In this document: in pieces, positions 8,963 through 18,417 of the stretch
How positions within the stretch are numbered: position 1 is the first letter of the stretch
Layout: each line of letters starts with the position of its first letter
Source of the DNA: Candidatus Magasanikiibacteriota bacterium
GTDB taxonomy: Bacteria; Patescibacteriota; Patescibacteriia; Magasanikbacterales; UBA922
Direction: 5' to 3'
Assembly (NCBI GenBank): GCA_003510435.1
Contig: DOMK01000009.1
Span: 24,675 to 88,674, forward strand
Length of the DNA stretch: 64,000 bases
Notes under the pieces: model-generated
What the model was told of the DNA's origin: nothing
Database searches by the model: none
Seen by the model: the letters and a program-made list of their open reading frames with translations, nothing else
Made by a program: the position numbers and the translations under genes

Positions 8963-9904
8963 CTATCTTAACACAAAATTAAAAAAATACCCCACCAAAG
9001 AAATCCCCACAAACATTACCCCAGCAAAAATGGCCAAAAGTTTTGGTTTCATGACTTTTTTGAGTATCATAAACTCGGGTAAAGATAGAGCTGTCACAGA
9101 CATCATAAGAGCCAAAGCTGTGCCCAATCCTACGCCTTTTTCTACTAGGGCTAATATTAATGGTACCACACCCGCCGCATTGGAGTAAAGGGGAATACCA
9201 ATCAAAGTGGCCAGTGGTACAGCATACCAGACACCACTACCAGCATATTGTGCTAACCAATCTGTTGGTACATAGCCATGAATCCACGCCCCTAAACCAA
9301 CCCCAATTATAATATATAACCAAACTTTTTTGACAATTCTCTTGGTATATTTTAAAGCATAATTTATACGTTCGTTCCAAGATGGGATTTTTTTATTAAC
9401 AAAAATATTTCTTTTATTATCCAAACTTTCTAACAAAGTTTCAGCTTTAAACTTACCAATGATATAGCCAGCTAAAATAGCAATTACTAAACCACTAATT
9501 ATATACAACAAAGCAATTTTTATACCAAACATACTCCAAAGTAAAGCAATTGCAATTTCATTAATCATAGGTGAAGCAATAAGAAAAGTAAAAGTCGCTC
9601 CCAGTGGTATTCCCGCTTCTACAAAACCTAAAAATAATGGCACCGCACTACAAGAACAAAATGGTGTGATAATACCGAATAACCCAGCTAATAAATGCCC
9701 GCAAAACGGATGACGTTTGGCCAAAATCGCTTTAATTTTTTCTTTGGGCAAAAATGTCCGCAAAACCGAAACCACAAAAATCATTACTGCGAGCAATAAT
9801 AAAATCTTGATTACATCATAAATAAAATAACTCACGACTTCAAATAAACGTGTGTCTGGTGTGATAAATAAGCTCGTGATAAAATTTGAAAAAAGTTTTA
9901 ACAT
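8963..9904 (-). CDS. permease, DUF318/ArsP-like family
   Basis: Polytopic protein with a TPFCSCSAVP motif. Confidence 0.55.
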   Translation of the reverse strand: MLKLFSNFITSLFITPDTRLFEVVSYFIYDVIKILLLLAVMIFVVSVLRTFLPKEKIKAILAKRHPFCGHLLAGLFGIITPFCSCSAVPLFLGFVEAGIPLGATFTFLIASPMINEIAIALLWSMFGIKIALLYIISGLVIAILAGYIIGKFKAETLLESLDNKRNIFVNKKIPSWNERINYALKYTKRIVKKVWLYIIIGVGLGAWIHGYVPTDWLAQYAGSGVWYAVPLATLIGIPLYSNAAGVVPLILALVEKGVGLGTALALMMSVTALSLPEFMILKKVMKPKLLAIFAGVMFVGISLVGYFFNFVLR

Positions 9905-10017
9905 AAAAATTTTAGATAGAACTCAAATTATACAAATCACCTCAAATTTTCGCAAATTATATCTGCCACGGTGCAGGCAGATTTGTATAAATTTGTCTGA
10001 TTTGTATAATTTGAGTT

Positions 10018-10674
10018 CTATCTTGAATTTACCTTCCACCACTCCTCTACTACTCTCGGATTATTAATATAATCATTTTCCCTAAAAAATTTTAACTTAT
10101 CTTTGTGATTTTGGATAAACTTTTTTAATTCATTTTTATCTTCCAAAGCACGCAAAGCCCAAGTCATCTGTCTAATCTCTTTTTTAGATATAAATTTTTT
10201 ATCTAAATAACGATTGGGACTGAGATCAAAATCAACTGGCTCTAATTTCACCTTATAACCTTTAAAAATTTTCTTTATTAATTCCCCAGCTCTTTTTCGT
10301 CGAGTAAATTCACAAAAGATAGTTATTTCAGCAAATTTTATTTTATTTTTAATAATATAATCACGTGCATACAAAAAGTTCTCCAAACGACAGACTGATT
10401 TATTCTCTTTTATATATTGCCAATCCTTAGTTTTAGCTTTAACAAATTTTCTTTTGGCTAAACTAATAAAAAATTTATACATTTCCTCGGCTTCAGTTCT
10501 TTGATATGGAGGATAACAGTCAGTCTTACCACCACAAAATAAAATGGTTGCTTCCTGACTATTTGATTCATCATAAATCTTATTAAAAGCAAAACTCAAA
10601 TAACGATTATAATTGGCATCAGTCATGATATTTTTTGGTACACCATAACCTGGAATAACAAAAATTTTATTCAT
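10018..10674 (-). CDS. hypothetical protein (possibly DUF218/YdcF-like)
   Basis: ORF; weak resemblance only. Confidence 0.3.
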   Translation of the reverse strand: MNKIFVIPGYGVPKNIMTDANYNRYLSFAFNKIYDESNSQEATILFCGGKTDCYPPYQRTEAEEMYKFFISLAKRKFVKAKTKDWQYIKENKSVCRLENFLYARDYIIKNKIKFAEITIFCEFTRRKRAGELIKKIFKGYKVKLEPVDFDLSPNRYLDKKFISKKEIRQMTWALRALEDKNELKKFIQNHKDKLKFFRENDYINNPRVVEEWWKVNSR

Positions 10675-10675
10675 A

Positions 10676-11214
10676 TTATTTTTTAATCATATAAGTCACT
10701 GTCACTCCACTACTTCCCAACGTAAATCTTTCTTTTACCTCATCACTCAAATCACTAATATATATAGTGTGTCCAGAAAATATACCACCTGGCTCTAATA
10801 CCCTGCACACTTCCAACAAAATTGTATTAACATCATTTTTATAAAAATTTTCATCAAACATACCTTGAGACACAACAAATTTGAAACTTGCATCAGCAAA
10901 AGGTAGAGCATGTGCATCGGCTTGAACAAAATTACCAGGACTTTTTTGCTTTAAATTATGATAATCTATACCTACACATTTTATACCCTGTTCTTTTAAC
11001 TTCTTCAACGCCCCCCCCTGCCAGCCCCCAGTTCCAACACAGATCCTTCACCAGAAACAATTGACTTATAAAATTCAGGATTAAGTTTTTTTAAACTTCT
11101 CAAAACGGTATCTATATAATCATGACCCATAATACTCTCTATATCAATATATGGACCTTTTTCAATTGGTACAACTGGTTCAAATGATGGTGAATCTGGT
11201 TTATTCATATACAA
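10676..11214 (-). pseudogene. class I SAM methyltransferase interrupted by a frameshift in a poly-C(8) tract at 11011-11018. The two ORF pieces are 11005-11214 and 10676-11008.
   Basis: The upstream piece ends ...VLELGAGRGGR*. The downstream piece continues LKKLKEQGIKCVGIDY...VLEPGG. One extra C/G (9 rather than 8) would give a continuous ...GAGRGGALKKLKEQG... reading frame. Confidence 0.65.
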
Positions 11215-11244
11215 AATTTTAAATTACTAATTACTATTTACTAA

Positions 11245-12492
11245 TTATTTCTTTAAATAATCTTTATTTTTTAATTCTTTTGGCAAATATTCTTGTTTTG
11301 CATCCTCACCTTTAAAATCCGGTGTGTATTTATAATCTTTTCCATAACCAATATTTTTCATGAATTTGGTTGGCGCATTACGTAAATGAATTGGTACACC
11401 CAAGTGTGAAGTATTTTTTGCATCATCAGCTGCCTGGCCATAAGCAACATAAAGTAAATTGGATTTTTTAGCTAGGGCACAATAAACCACGGCTTCAGCT
11501 AGATGGACATTACATTCTGGAAAGCCTAATTTATGACAAGCATCATAAGCAGCGTTAGCCACGAGTAAAGCATGCGAATCTGCCATACCGATATCTTCGG
11601 CAGCAAAACGTAAAACTCGACGCGCTACATACAATGGATCGCAACCACCCTCAATCATGCGTGCGAGCCAATACAAACTCGCATTCGCATCACTCCCTCG
11701 CATTGATTTATGCAGAGCAGAAATTAAATTATAAAACTCTTCACCATTTTTATCAAATACCAAATGCGTGCGTTGTAAAGCTTCCTTTATATCACTTTCA
11801 TCAACCACCAACTTACTCCTTACTCCTTTTTCCTTATTCTTTGATTTCACCGCCAATTCCAACCCATTCAACGCCACCCTCGCATCTCCACCACTAAGCT
11901 CTGCTAATAATTTTTTTACATCATCTTTAATTTCAACTTTATATTCACCAAATCCCCTCCCTTTATCTTCCAAGGCTTGAATAATAATTTTAATAATATC
12001 ATTATCATCAAGTTTTTTTAAAATAAATACGCGAGAACGAGAAAGCAATGGACCAATAATTTCAAACGAAGGATTTTCTGTCGTGGCACCAATCAAAACC
12101 AAATCCCCTTTTTCTACCAATGGCAATAACGCATCTTGTTGCGCCTTGTTCCAACGATGAATTTCATCTATAAATAAAATGGTTTTTTGACCTTCCAAAC
12201 CATAGAGCCGATCTTTGGCTTCTTTAACAATTTTTCTTAAATCATCTTTACCAGACTCAACTGCGGACAAAACTACAAAATGCGATTTGGTCTGGTTAGC
12301 AATAATTTGCGCTAAAGTGGTCTTACCAACACCCGGCGGACCCCAAAACATAATTGAAGATAACTCATCGTTCTCAACTAATTTACGCAATAATTTGCCT
12401 TCACCGACAATTTCCTCTTGACCAAAAAACTCGCTAAAAAAGCGAGGCCTCATTCTATCAGCTAGTGGTGATTGTAAAATATTATTATACAC
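11245..12492 (-). CDS. rarA: replication-associated recombination protein A (AAA+ ATPase)
   Basis: GPPGVGKTTLAQIIAN Walker A; 415 aa. Confidence 0.9.
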   Translation of the reverse strand: MYNNILQSPLADRMRPRFFSEFFGQEEIVGEGKLLRKLVENDELSSIMFWGPPGVGKTTLAQIIANQTKSHFVVLSAVESGKDDLRKIVKEAKDRLYGLEGQKTILFIDEIHRWNKAQQDALLPLVEKGDLVLIGATTENPSFEIIGPLLSRSRVFILKKLDDNDIIKIIIQALEDKGRGFGEYKVEIKDDVKKLLAELSGGDARVALNGLELAVKSKNKEKGVRSKLVVDESDIKEALQRTHLVFDKNGEEFYNLISALHKSMRGSDANASLYWLARMIEGGCDPLYVARRVLRFAAEDIGMADSHALLVANAAYDACHKLGFPECNVHLAEAVVYCALAKKSNLLYVAYGQAADDAKNTSHLGVPIHLRNAPTKFMKNIGYGKDYKYTPDFKGEDAKQEYLPKELKNKDYLKK

Positions 12493-12633
12493 AAAAATTA
12501 TATTTTTCTGTTTTAATCTGCTTTAATTTGTTCAAATCTGCTGTCAAATTGGACAAAACAGCAGATTAAACGGATTATAACAAATTTGAGCAGATAATTC
12601 TAAAACCTAATAGCTATAACCTAACACCTAATA

Positions 12634-13833
12634 TTACTTTTTTTTTCCATACCAATATTTATACATTTTCAAAGCCATCTTTTCTTTAAATTTATGCCAA
12701 CGACTACGCTTGGCCCATTTGATATCATCAAACGAAACTGTTTGTTCCAACCATTGCAAGACTTTATCTTTTAATTTCTTTACCGTTGATTTATCTTCAA
12801 TTTTTACATTAGCTTCATAATTATTATAAAAACCACCTTGTTCAATATTACTGCTGCCAACCATAGCCCAATCATCATCCACGATTACCCCTTTACCATG
12901 CATCATCTTGTCAATCAAGTGAATATTAACTCCGTGTTTTCTCATAATAGAAAACCAGGTAAAAGCGGCATACTTGGCAATTTTTATATCTACACGAAAC
13001 GGAATAAGTAAATCCACTCTTACCCCTCGTTTCCGAGCGGCCCACAGAGCTTGTAAAAATTTACGATCCGGAAAATAATAAGGGGAAAATAATATTACTC
13101 TTTCTCTGGCTTTTAATAATGCTTCTGTATATTTTTTTCTAGCATTAGATATTTTTTGATTTGGCTCATCATAAATAAATTTGGCTTCACCTTTGGCTAT
13201 TCTAAATTTGTATTGCAATAATTTTTTGACTTTTTCTTTGTCTCCACCAGATATAATATAGGATTTGGCAAACGCCCGGGATAATGAATTGACAGCGTTT
13301 CCTTTTACACTCACATGAATATCTAACCAATTTTCCATATCTTTTTGGACATTGACTCCACCAATAAATCCAATTTTTTCATCAATAACCATGATCTTGC
13401 GATGATTGCGCCTGGCCAACCAATTTTTCAGACCATGCAGTATGTTACCATCAAATTTGAATAATCTTATATCAACTCCAGCATTTTTTAATTTTTCAAT
13501 GGCTTTGTTTGATAACCAAAAACTACCCCAATAATCAACCACGATTTTTACGTCCACACCCTGTTTAACTTTTTCACACAATAAATCAAAAAACCGATTT
13601 CCCACACTATCATCTATCAATATATACACTTCCCAATAAATAGACTTTTGGGCATCAGAAATCGCCTGATACATCGCGTCCCAGGCTTCTTTTGAGGTAG
13701 AATAAATTTGGTAGTTTGACTTACCGTTCATAATAATATAATTTGTATATCTACTATAATAAAAAAAACCGCTTTTGGCAAGCGGAGTCGTTCGTAATCC
13801 CGAGCCACAGCGAGGGATCCCTTTCCTATACAT
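12634..13833 (-). CDS. phospholipase D-family protein / cardiolipin synthase-like. The true start is probably MNGKSNYQ near 13731; the upstream 34 codons read through a palindromic repeat.
   Basis: Two HKD motifs: HRKIMVIDEKIGFIGGVN and HGKGVIVDDDWAMVGSSN. Confidence 0.7.
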   Translation of the reverse strand: MYRKGIPRCGSGLRTTPLAKSGFFYYSRYTNYIIMNGKSNYQIYSTSKEAWDAMYQAISDAQKSIYWEVYILIDDSVGNRFFDLLCEKVKQGVDVKIVVDYWGSFWLSNKAIEKLKNAGVDIRLFKFDGNILHGLKNWLARRNHRKIMVIDEKIGFIGGVNVQKDMENWLDIHVSVKGNAVNSLSRAFAKSYIISGGDKEKVKKLLQYKFRIAKGEAKFIYDEPNQKISNARKKYTEALLKARERVILFSPYYFPDRKFLQALWAARKRGVRVDLLIPFRVDIKIAKYAAFTWFSIMRKHGVNIHLIDKMMHGKGVIVDDDWAMVGSSNIEQGGFYNNYEANVKIEDKSTVKKLKDKVLQWLEQTVSFDDIKWAKRSRWHKFKEKMALKMYKYWYGKKK

Positions 13834-13906
13834 CTAACTTCGCATTATTGAATTGCAATATTAGAGGTGATGAAAGGGATTCCTCTTTCGCTTCGCTCAC
13901 TCGGAA

Positions 13907-14608
13907 TTACGCGATAATTGTCCCATTAAATTTTTCTCCTTTTAATACTTTTTCCACCTCTTTTAAATTATTACCATCCAAGACCACAACTCTTAGACCA
14001 GCTTTTTCTGCTATACGACTGGCTTTAGGATCAAAAGGAGCATTCGCACCTGGCTTCCAAATATTTCCTATAATATTTTTTCTAAAATTCTTCCAACTAA
14101 TTTTTTCTATCTTCTCGGCATCTTTGTATTTTTTAGGATCTTTTGTATAAACATGAGAAATATTTGAAAGATTAATAACTTCTCCTGCACCATAAGCCTT
14201 TGTCAACTCCACTGCATCATAATCACTTGAACTGTTTGGCTTCCAACCTGATGCAACAATAATAGATTTAGTAGTTTTAACTTTTTCTTTAGGATAACTT
14301 ACTACTTCCTCATAGGCGTAATCACCGAAAAGAAGACGAACAAATTGGGCATTAAAAATTGTAGTATAAATTCCAAGCCAGTCTAAATTTTCATTGCTAG
14401 TTTTTACTGTTTTTGCCAAAGCTTCTTGATAAGCTCTACAAGTCGCTCCCCCACCAATGACTAAAATAAATTTCTCGCCTTTTTTTACACGCGCTAAAAT
14501 TAATTCTCTAAACTTTTTTAAAAAATTAATATCAAATCCGGTTTTTGGAATTATAATTGAACCACCGACAGAGATAATTTTGTATTTAGAACTTTTCTTA
14601 CTAGACAT
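13907..14608 (-). CDS. pyrH: archaeal-type uridylate (UMP) kinase, amino acid kinase family
   Basis: Collinear similarity to the Pyrococcus-type PyrH fold; VIGGGATCRAYQEA. 233 aa. Confidence 0.65.
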   Translation of the reverse strand: MSSKKSSKYKIISVGGSIIIPKTGFDINFLKKFRELILARVKKGEKFILVIGGGATCRAYQEALAKTVKTSNENLDWLGIYTTIFNAQFVRLLFGDYAYEEVVSYPKEKVKTTKSIIVASGWKPNSSSDYDAVELTKAYGAGEVINLSNISHVYTKDPKKYKDAEKIEKISWKNFRKNIIGNIWKPGANAPFDPKASRIAEKAGLRVVVLDGNNLKEVEKVLKGEKFNGTIIA

Positions 14609-14731
14609 ATTTTTATATAAAATAATTTTTGTTTTTTTTAATAAAAATGATTAGTGATAAGTGATAAAACTATTTTTAATTTTCCTTATCATTTATCACT
14701 TATCATTTAATTTTCTAAACAAATTAGATCT

Positions 14732-15070
14732 TTATTTTTTTAATAGACTACTCGTAAACCAGCTAACAATACTCATCACTAACGCACCCCAGAAAGCTGG
14801 CCAAAAACCCACCACTAAAAATCCTTGCACAACCGTGCCCACAAACCAAAACAACAAAGCATTAATCACTAAAGTAAACAGACCCAATGTTAAAATGTTT
14901 ACTGGCAAAGTTAACAAAATAAACAATGGACGAATGAGGGCATTGACCAAGCCTAATACCAGAGCCGCAATAAGAGCTGAATACCAACCTGTGACCGCAA
15001 TACCGGGCAAATAATTAGCTAAGAGTAATAAAACCCCAGCATTTATAACCCAACGAAGTAATAATTTCAT
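14732..15070 (-). CDS. phage holin family 4 / DUF360 (YvlD-like) small membrane protein
   Basis: 112 aa with 3-4 TM helices; N-terminus LLLRWVINAGVLLLLANYLPGI. Confidence 0.55.
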   Translation of the reverse strand: MKLLLRWVINAGVLLLLANYLPGIAVTGWYSALIAALVLGLVNALIRPLFILLTLPVNILTLGLFTLVINALLFWFVGTVVQGFLVVGFWPAFWGALVMSIVSWFTSSLLKK

Positions 15071-15114
15071 ATAGTAAAAAATAAATAATTAACAATTATA
15101 GTCTAACAAAAAAA

Positions 15115-16020
15115 TCAATTAATTACAATCTCACCATTTTCACTTATTTCCACTGTAATATCTCCTTGCAAATCTGTCCGCCAAATTGTACTACTAGCCC
15201 TTTCTAATCTTTTTACGACTCGGAGTGATGGATGACCATATTGATTTTTTTTACCAACAGAAAATATTGAATATTCAGGACTTACCACATCCACAAATTC
15301 TTGATATGACGCGCCAGCACTACCATGATGCCCAATTTTCAATATATCAGTATCCAACTGCTCACCATAAGTACTTAATAAATATTTTTCCAAATCAATT
15401 TCCGCGTCACCCATAAACAAAGCTTCTTTGCCATTATAATTTAATTCAAAAACAATGGATCCATTATTACTCTCTTTTTGCCAAGTGCTAGTAGCTAATG
15501 CCAGTGGTTGATCTGGATATAAAAAATGCAAACTGGTACTGGCGATTTCCCAAGTGTCTTCATGATCTACTTCAATATATTTTGCCTGCTCAGCCTGAAC
15601 CGACTGCCAAAATGATACCCAAAAATCATCATATTCTTTTTTTGTACCATTATAAAGAATATTTTTTACATCAAATCTTTTTAAAACTTCGGCACAACCA
15701 CCATAATGATCTGAATCAGGGTGAGTGACGAGTAAATAATCAATGTCATGATCATAATAATCCATTACTCTGCCCAGCGCTTCCAAAATTCGCCCATCCA
15801 CGGCACAATCTACCAACATTTGTTCACTATCGGGAAATTCCACAAAACTTGCATCACCTTGGCCAACATCTAGATATGTTATTTTTAATTTATCCTGAGC
15901 GACACTGAGCGAGTCCGGGGGACGAGTCGAATGTGGAGTCGAAGGATCTTTTTTTATAAACCAAAGCAAACCTAAAACAACCAGTAATAAAATAAAAATA
16001 AATATAATTGCTTTCTTCAT
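15115..16020 (-). CDS. comEC: ComEC/Rec2 C-terminal metallo-beta-lactamase domain protein (separate gene)
   Basis: LDVGQGDA and VTHPDSDHYGG (HxHxDH) motifs, and KIGHHGS. Confidence 0.8.
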   Translation of the reverse strand: MKKAIIFIFILLLVVLGLLWFIKKDPSTPHSTRPPDSLSVAQDKLKITYLDVGQGDASFVEFPDSEQMLVDCAVDGRILEALGRVMDYYDHDIDYLLVTHPDSDHYGGCAEVLKRFDVKNILYNGTKKEYDDFWVSFWQSVQAEQAKYIEVDHEDTWEIASTSLHFLYPDQPLALATSTWQKESNNGSIVFELNYNGKEALFMGDAEIDLEKYLLSTYGEQLDTDILKIGHHGSAGASYQEFVDVVSPEYSIFSVGKKNQYGHPSLRVVKRLERASSTIWRTDLQGDITVEISENGEIVIN

Positions 16021-16026
16021 ATTTTT

Positions 16027-16111
16027 ATAGAACTCAAATTACCAAAATATCCAAAATACACCAAAATAGATTTGCGAAAATTTGAGGTAATTTGGGTAAT
16101 TTGTGTTCTAT
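16027..16111. repeat. 85-bp repeat family B (ATAGAACTCAAATTACCAAAAT...TTTGCGAAAATTTGAGGTAATTTG...GTTCTAT). Other copies are at 18334-18418 (about 95% identical), 6569-6654 and 9915-10023.
   Basis: B3 and B4 are directly repeated 2.3 kb apart. The ends are mutually complementary and so can form a hairpin. Confidence 0.8.
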
Positions 16112-16761
16112 TTTGATACTAAAACAATTTGATTAACCCAAGTTTCACCTTCTTTAACAAACTTATTCTCTTCTATACTAAAAGCCAAAGTCTCCAAATC
16201 CTCTATCACCTGTTCTGGTCGATGATAATATGATTCAATCTCCACAAGGCCTTGTTCAGTTTTTATTTCTGGCGCTTTTCTTTGATTTATATTTGTTAAT
16301 AAAAATTTTCCGCCTTGCCCCGAGCCAAGTCGAGGGGCTGGTTTTAAAACACGATAAACTTCATCAAAAAATAAGTTCAAATCTTTCAAATGCACAATCA
16401 AAAAAGTCGCAATCACAATATCAAAACTATTATCTTCAAAGGGGAGATCCTCAGCTTCACCAATCACTACTTTTATTTTTTGATTTTTACTTTTTAATTT
16501 ATTCAGCATCTCCTCTGATACATCCAAAGCAGTTACTTTCGCTCCAGCCTTTGCCAATCGTAAAGACAAGCGCCCATTTCCTGCACCCACATCCAAAATT
16601 TCCCTATCCTTAACTTGCCCAAGCAATGGCACAACCTGATACTGTTCAAAACTATCCCAATATTTTTCTTTTTTGGCATAATAATCGGCTGTGAGATTAT
16701 AGCCATCTTTTGAATTTAAAATTTTTACTTTCTGCATATTTTTCCTTTCACCTGACTCCAA
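16108..16761 (-). CDS. class I SAM-dependent methyltransferase (Methyltransf_11-like)
   Basis: ILDVGAGNGRL and FDIVIATFLIVHL motifs. Confidence 0.7.
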   Translation of the reverse strand: MESGERKNMQKVKILNSKDGYNLTADYYAKKEKYWDSFEQYQVVPLLGQVKDREILDVGAGNGRLSLRLAKAGAKVTALDVSEEMLNKLKSKNQKIKVVIGEAEDLPFEDNSFDIVIATFLIVHLKDLNLFFDEVYRVLKPAPRLGSGQGGKFLLTNINQRKAPEIKTEQGLVEIESYYHRPEQVIEDLETLAFSIEENKFVKEGETWVNQIVLVSK

Positions 16762-16785
16762 TAACCAAATATATTTGGAGTAAAG

Positions 16786-18330
16786 TTATTGGTGTGAGGA
16801 GTTTGGCCTTTTATAAATAAAATAAATCAATAAAATATACATAATCACCATCCCCCACCACGGCACTGTTAAATCCACAGCAGACCATTTCAAACTGGCA
16901 AAAAATTCCACGATTTTTATAATATATTGCAATCCCACCCAACCAATCCAAGCAATTATTTCACCTAAAGGCATAAATACAAAACTTATCAAAACCGCAA
17001 AAAAACCTAACATCATTATAGTCGGGATAATCCATAATATCAAGATATTAACAATCGGCGCCACAATTGATAACCGGCCAAACTGAAATAATATTAATGG
17101 CAATGTGGCAGTAATCGCTGACAAAGTAGAAATTAATGATTCTCGAATACCCAAAAATTCTGGTACTCTGTCAAACCAATTTCTAATCACGGGCGTAATA
17201 TATACTAGACCTAGAGTGGAAATAAAAGAAAGTTGAAAGCCAGCGTCCCAAAGTAAAATAAACGGATTTTGCAATGACATCACAACCGCGGTCAAAACCA
17301 AAACATTACCCACTTGCGAAGTCCTACCCACTTGTTTGGCAAGGAGTACTATAATGCCCATAATTCCAGCCCGCACCACCGATGCACTCGCTCCCGTAAA
17401 AATAACAAATAAAATAATTCCACCTGTAATTAACCAAAAAGCTTTTTTGCGCGGAATATAAAGATTAACACAAATCGCAATTAAAATTGACGCGATCAAA
17501 CTAATGTTGTAACCAGAAATAGCTACTATATGCGTCACGCCAGTTCGACTAAACATCTCATTCAATTCTCCCAATCCACCACGATAACCGTAGAGCAAAC
17601 CCGCCATAAAGCTCGCACTCGGTTCGTGCCATAGTTTATTTATTCTATCAGCGATTACATTTTTAATATCAAAAATCCCAGCCAAAATTTTACTTCCTTC
17701 TTTACCCTGAGCTAATCCGCCAGCTGGCGGAGAAGCCGAAGGGTTTATCTTTGCATTTTCACAAATTGTAAACACACCGTACCGTGCCAAATACATATCA
17801 TAACGAAAATCATTAATAATTTCTGGTTTTTGTAAATCACATTTCAATTCTAATTTATCACCATATTTATATCTGGGATAAAGTAAAGTCTTTACATAAA
17901 CATTTTTTCCAACCAAATTATCTTGTATTTTGTTACGTGTATTTTGCCTGCCCACAACGCTCTCGCTTGCGAGGCGGACGGGTATCTTGATTATATATCT
18001 CACTCCATCCATTCTCACGTCTGGCTCAGCTGACACATAACCAACGACAGTTTGTCCACCTAAATTAATTTCTGATAAAGGAAACGCTATTAAATATCTC
18101 GCTACACCCAACACAAAAACAGCACAACAGAACAACACCATTCTCATTTTTTTATTTTTCCAATATATAATCAAAAAAGATATTAAAACAAATAATGCAA
18201 AAAACAAATATACAAAATCTATTTTCCATTCCAAAAGAGAGATACTAACAATTCCCAACAAAAAAGAAAAACAAAACGTCAGGAACGTTTTGCTTTTTGA
18301 ATTTATTATTGTATTAAGCATACCCTCCAA
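16786..18330 (-). CDS. comEC: ComEC/Rec2 competence membrane channel, N-terminal plus competence domain part
   Basis: 514 aa polytopic protein; DUF4131-like N-terminus followed by a competence domain. Confidence 0.75.
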   Translation of the reverse strand: MEGMLNTIINSKSKTFLTFCFSFLLGIVSISLLEWKIDFVYLFFALFVLISFLIIYWKNKKMRMVLFCCAVFVLGVARYLIAFPLSEINLGGQTVVGYVSAEPDVRMDGVRYIIKIPVRLASESVVGRQNTRNKIQDNLVGKNVYVKTLLYPRYKYGDKLELKCDLQKPEIINDFRYDMYLARYGVFTICENAKINPSASPPAGGLAQGKEGSKILAGIFDIKNVIADRINKLWHEPSASFMAGLLYGYRGGLGELNEMFSRTGVTHIVAISGYNISLIASILIAICVNLYIPRKKAFWLITGGIILFVIFTGASASVVRAGIMGIIVLLAKQVGRTSQVGNVLVLTAVVMSLQNPFILLWDAGFQLSFISTLGLVYITPVIRNWFDRVPEFLGIRESLISTLSAITATLPLILFQFGRLSIVAPIVNILILWIIPTIMMLGFFAVLISFVFMPLGEIIAWIGWVGLQYIIKIVEFFASLKWSAVDLTVPWWGMVIMYILLIYFIYKRPNSSHQ

Positions 18331-18417
18331 ATGATAGAACTCAAATTACCAAAATATCCAAAATACACCAAAATAGATTTGCGAAAATTTGAGGCAATTT
18401 GTAAAATTTGTGTTCTA

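Noticed and set aside
12634-13833. PLD-family gene as a Nuc-like nuclease or defence effector next to rarA.
   Set aside because: Two HKD motifs on one polypeptide of cardiolipin-synthase/PLD size are most simply a lipid enzyme. I see no partner genes suggesting a defence operon. I kept it as PLD/cls-like.
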